Source of the DNA: Cenarchaeum sp. | GTDB taxonomy: Archaea > Thermoproteota > Nitrososphaeria > Nitrososphaerales > Nitrosopumilaceae | Direction: 5' to 3' | NCBI GenBank assembly: GCA_965242695.1 | Contig: CBDESU010000001.1 | Location: forward strand, 672,001 to 736,000 | DNA: 64,000 nt | Shown: positions 60,665-64,000 of the stretch, piece after piece | Position numbering within the stretch: position 1 is the first letter of the stretch | Layout of the letters: each line of letters begins with the position of its first letter | Position numbers and translations under genes: made by a program | Notes under the pieces: generated by a model | Seen by the model: the letters and a program-made list of their open reading frames with translations, nothing else | Database searches by the model: none | What the model was told of the DNA's origin: nothing

Positions 60665-61543
60665 TTAACTCTGCGCGCCGCCCGTCCAAAGCCGGACCGA
60701 CGCCCTCTTGTTGCTCACGGGCGAGGCGAACGTGCGGCCGTCCAGGCCGCTGAACACGGCGGCGACGTCGGCCGCATCGCACCTGCGCGACACGGCCGCC
60801 ACGGCCGGCCCGTTGCCCGACACGGACGCGCCGAGGGCGCCTGCATCGAGCAGCCTGTCGACGAGGCCCGGGTCGGAGCCGAGGGCCGGCGCGGCGGCGC
60901 GCCCGTTGAGCGTCATCGCGCCCCAGTAGTCGCCCTTCCTTGCCATCTCCCAGGCCTTTTCAAAGCGGGGCCTCGAGCCTGCAAGGTCGGCCGTCCGCCC
61001 CCTCCTGCGCGAGCGCGGCACGAACACGACGGCGCGCAGGCCCGCGGGGGCGGGCTCGGACCTCACGATCGTGCGCGCCGCGTTGTCCGTCACGGCAAAG
61101 CCGCCGTAGTAGCACCCGCATGCGTCGTCGTACGCGCCGGTCTCGCTCACGCCGGCATCGAGCGAGGCCTCTACGCCGGCAAGTACAATGCCCCTGTGGC
61201 CCATCTTGGCGCCGAGCAGGCGCGAGCAGGCCAGGGCAACGGCCGACGATGTGGCGCTCGAGCTCTTCAGGCCGTATCCCTCGGGCACGCGCGATGCGAG
61301 CGTTATGCGCACTCCCCTTTTGCCGCCGGACAGCGCTCCGGGCGGGGCGACCCTCCTGACCGTATGCTCGACGAGGCGCGTGCTGGCGCTGCGGCTGTCG
61401 GCGCGTACGTCGATGCTGCCGGCAGGCCCGGCCCTCTCGGCGTCGGCGCGCACCACCAGCCCGATGCCGACGGTCGCGCCCCTGCCGGCGGCAAGGGCGT
61501 TTACGATCGAGACGGCTCCGTGGACCGTCGCGCTGGCGATCAT
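60665..61543 (-). CDS. aroK: Archaeal (GHMP) shikimate kinase
   Basis: GAVSIVNA, PEGYGLKSSSA, TGAYDDA, SGNGP. Confidence 0.93.
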   Translation of the reverse strand: MIASATVHGAVSIVNALAAGRGATVGIGLVVRADAERAGPAGSIDVRADSRSASTRLVEHTVRRVAPPGALSGGKRGVRITLASRVPEGYGLKSSSATSSAVALACSRLLGAKMGHRGIVLAGVEASLDAGVSETGAYDDACGCYYGGFAVTDNAARTIVRSEPAPAGLRAVVFVPRSRRRGRTADLAGSRPRFEKAWEMARKGDYWGAMTLNGRAAAPALGSDPGLVDRLLDAGALGASVSGNGPAVAAVSRRCDAADVAAVFSGLDGRTFASPVSNKRASVRLWTGGAQS

Positions 61544-62400
61544 TTCCGGGGCGCACCGGATGCCCCGGGCGCGCCGGCCCTCACGCCGAGCACGGCGCCC
61601 CGCATGGCCTCGTACGGCGCCTTTGCGCCGTGCCATATCTCGAACGACCTGCACGCCTGCCAGACGAGCATCTCGTACCCGTAGACCACCTCGGCGCCGC
61701 GCCGCCTCGCCTTCGAGACCAGGTCCGTAGACATGGGCCTGTACACGATGTCGTACACGACCGAGTCTGCCGGGATCGACTCCTCGGGTATGGGGCTCGG
61801 CTCGCCGCCCATGCCCGTCGTGGCCGCGTTGACGATGAACTTGCAGCCGCGCGCCGCCGCGCCGGCCTCGCCGAGCGGGACGGCCGACGCGTACGCCCCG
61901 AGCCCGCCGGCGAACTCGGCCAGCTCCTCGCCCTTCTTGGCCGTCCGGTTTGCGATCGTGATCTCGACTGCGCCCTCGCCGGCGAGGGCGGCGACGATGG
62001 CGCGCGCCGCGCCGCCGGCGCCGACGACGAGCGCCTTTGATCCGACCACGGTGAGGTTGCGCTTCCATATGGGATCCAGGAATCCGCCCATGTCCGTGTT
62101 GTGCCCGACGGCCCTGCCGTCCCCGCCGAACGAGACCGTGTTGGCCGCCCCGATCTTCCTGCAGTCGTCGTCGGCGCTGTCGAGCAGGCCCATTACGGCG
62201 ACCTTGTGCGGGACGGTGACGTTGATTCCGGCGATGCCGACCCTCTTGATCGACTCGATGCCGTCGGCGAGCTCGCCGGCCGGCACGCGGTACGCGATGT
62301 ACGAGCAGTCCATGCCGAGCTCCCTGAAGGCCGCGTTGTGTATCGTCGGCGACAGGGAGTGGTCTATGGGGTCGCCGATGACGGCGTACGTGCCACCCAC
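61540..62400 (-). CDS. aroE: Shikimate dehydrogenase
   Basis: GDPIDHSLSP, NVTVPHK, NTD, GAGGAARA. Confidence 0.95.
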   Translation of the reverse strand: MGGTYAVIGDPIDHSLSPTIHNAAFRELGMDCSYIAYRVPAGELADGIESIKRVGIAGINVTVPHKVAVMGLLDSADDDCRKIGAANTVSFGGDGRAVGHNTDMGGFLDPIWKRNLTVVGSKALVVGAGGAARAIVAALAGEGAVEITIANRTAKKGEELAEFAGGLGAYASAVPLGEAGAAARGCKFIVNAATTGMGGEPSPIPEESIPADSVVYDIVYRPMSTDLVSKARRRGAEVVYGYEMLVWQACRSFEIWHGAKAPYEAMRGAVLGVRAGAPGASGAPRK

Positions 62401-62419
62401 GGCCGCGCGCGGCGGCCCA

Positions 62420-63220
62420 TTAATTTAAAGCCACGGCGCCGCGGGCCGCTCTGCCTCCGCCGCCGCCGCGCCCCCTCCCTCCGCCGACCGCGGCGAGCAT
62501 GTCGGCCAGGGCCATCTGGCCCGGCGCGACGGCCCTGCCTAGCGAGGCGTACGTGTGGGGGCTGCCCAGGTACAGGCACAGCACCCTCGACATGCGGCCC
62601 ATCTCGCCCATTGCGAACGCGACTAGCCCGAGGTCGCGCCGCCCCATGCGCCGCGCCGCGCCGTACAGGGAGAGGACGCGCGCGGGGTCGGCAGGCGTGG
62701 CGGCCGTCGTGACGATCTTTACGCGCCGCGCAAGGGCGGCCATGCGCCCGAGGCGCCCCGACAGGGACCGCAGGGTCGGCGTTCCCGCATAGTCGTGCCA
62801 GGATGCGAGTATGTCGGTGCCCGCCGCCGCGGCGGCATCGCGCAGGCCGCCGCTGCGCCGCAGCGCGTCGTACTCTACGTCAAGCAGGTGCGGGCGGTGG
62901 GATGCGGCAAGCCCGAGCAGCCCGATGCGCTCGCGCTCCGCGCCCTGGAACCGACCGCCCTCGCGCTCCGGCCGTATGGTGCAGACGAGGCGGTCCATGC
63001 GCCGCCTCCCGCGCGCGCCTGCCGAAAGCAGCTCCAGCGCGCGCGGGACCGCGCGCGCGCCGATGTAGTCGAGCCGCGCCTCGGCCAGGCCGGCCCCGGC
63101 GGCAAGCGCCCTGTCGACTCCAGACACCATTCCGGCCGGCGTGCGGGCGGCGACGGGCACGCACACGGCGGGGGATCCGACGGCGGACCTGGATGCGCCC
63201 GATCCGCTGCTACTTTTCAA
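62420..63220 (-). CDS. aroD: Type I 3-dehydroquinate dehydratase
   Basis: EARLD, CTIR..EGG, SWHD...TP, AMGEMGRMSR, APGQ. Confidence 0.9.
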   Translation of the reverse strand: MKSSSGSGASRSAVGSPAVCVPVAARTPAGMVSGVDRALAAGAGLAEARLDYIGARAVPRALELLSAGARGRRRMDRLVCTIRPEREGGRFQGAERERIGLLGLAASHRPHLLDVEYDALRRSGGLRDAAAAAGTDILASWHDYAGTPTLRSLSGRLGRMAALARRVKIVTTAATPADPARVLSLYGAARRMGRRDLGLVAFAMGEMGRMSRVLCLYLGSPHTYASLGRAVAPGQMALADMLAAVGGGRGRGGGGGRAARGAVALN

Positions 63221-64000
63221 GTATGTACTCACCGGCGACCTCTGTCCCAAAGTGCCTGCCGGCCGCCGGGCGCGTGTGCACAAGCACCCTGTCGCCGGCC
63301 TTCAAGTCGGTGACCGACACGGCCTGTCCGCCGGGCCTGACGAGGCGGACAGTCTCGGCGTCCTGTATGATGATGCCGCCGACCTCGCCTCCGGCGCTGG
63401 CCTTTACCATGAGCATCGGGCGCCGCTCGATCTTTGCGCGCCCGACCGTCGCGCGCCGCGCAATGCCCGAGCTGTCGACGACGAGCACCTCAGTCCCGCC
63501 CTCGACCTCTGAGAGGTACCTGGTGCGGCCGTCGGCGCCGGGCGTGTACGCGTGGACGGCGCCGGCGTTGACGCGAAACGGCCTTGCCGCCGTGAACGAC
63601 GAGGCGATCGACTCGTTGTGCACAAGAAAGTAAAAGTTCGACCTGCTGCCGACGAGCATGCCCTCGCCGGCGCCGAGCATCGACGCCGTGTCGACGCAGA
63701 CCCTCTCGCCGTCGCCTGCCTCGCCGACCTCGGTTATGGTCGCCTCGGACAGCCCGAACGAGCGCGACCCCATGTACGACAGGGCGCTCTGCACGTCGGC
63801 CGCCGAGGATGTGGTAAAGACGACGCCGTCGAGCCCCACGTCGAGTATGGAGAACGCCTTGCGCACGTCGGCCGGCGTGCCTGCCGTCGTAAAGACGGCG
63901 GCCCTTGCCCTGTGCAGGCGCGCGACGATGTTCTCTAGCGGGATGATCTTCCAGTCGCGCGCCTCTACGACGACAAAGTCCAGGCCCCTCTCGGCCTCTG
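63210..64000 (-). CDS. 3-dehydroquinate synthase II, 5' part outside window
   Basis: DWKIIPLENI, GERVCVDT, RPFRVNAGAVHAY, KIERRP, QDAETV. Confidence 0.93.
   Translation of the reverse strand, partial: EAERGLDFVVVEARDWKIIPLENIVARLHRARAAVFTTAGTPADVRKAFSILDVGLDGVVFTTSSAADVQSALSYMGSRSFGLSEATITEVGEAGDGERVCVDTASMLGAGEGMLVGSRSNFYFLVHNESIASSFTAARPFRVNAGAVHAYTPGADGRTRYLSEVEGGTEVLVVDSSGIARRATVGRAKIERRPMLMVKASAGGEVGGIIIQDAETVRLVRPGGQAVSVTDLKAGDRVLVHTRPAAGRHFGTEVAGEYILEK

Overview
Very GC-rich archaeal DNA, most consistent with an ammonia-oxidising Nitrososphaerota (Thaumarchaeota/Nitrosopumilaceae-like) genome. Markers: TBP, ribosomal eS1, archaeal shikimate pathway with DHQ synthase II, a PEFG-CTERM cupredoxin, an IPxWIK...WW surface motif and short-leader TATA promoters. 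Housekeeping blocks (peptide ABC permeases, pentose-phosphate genes, thiC, aro/tyrA cluster) alternate with accessory DNA. The accessory DNA includes two large RM-type methyltransferases, ImmA/IrrE genes, an AbiE-like locus, a 1.6-kaa surface protein and two tandem arrays of diversified two-gene cassettes. Array 1 (7.5-15.6 kb) has 4 x [unknown ~245-aa protein + PIN nuclease]. Array 2 (35.3-41.4 kb, plus an orphan at 32 kb) has 4 x [DUF5678-like protein + retropepsin-like aspartic protease]. Each array carries an IS110-family element. In both elements the non-coding end folds into a two-loop bridge-RNA-like structure whose loop sequences match the element's own ends and the array target site, which is still visible as an empty site in a sister cassette. 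A TA-flanked hairpin MITE, an 18 x 8-bp perfect repeat and several disarmed toxin/nuclease genes are also present. Family calls come from motif recognition only; no database searches were run.
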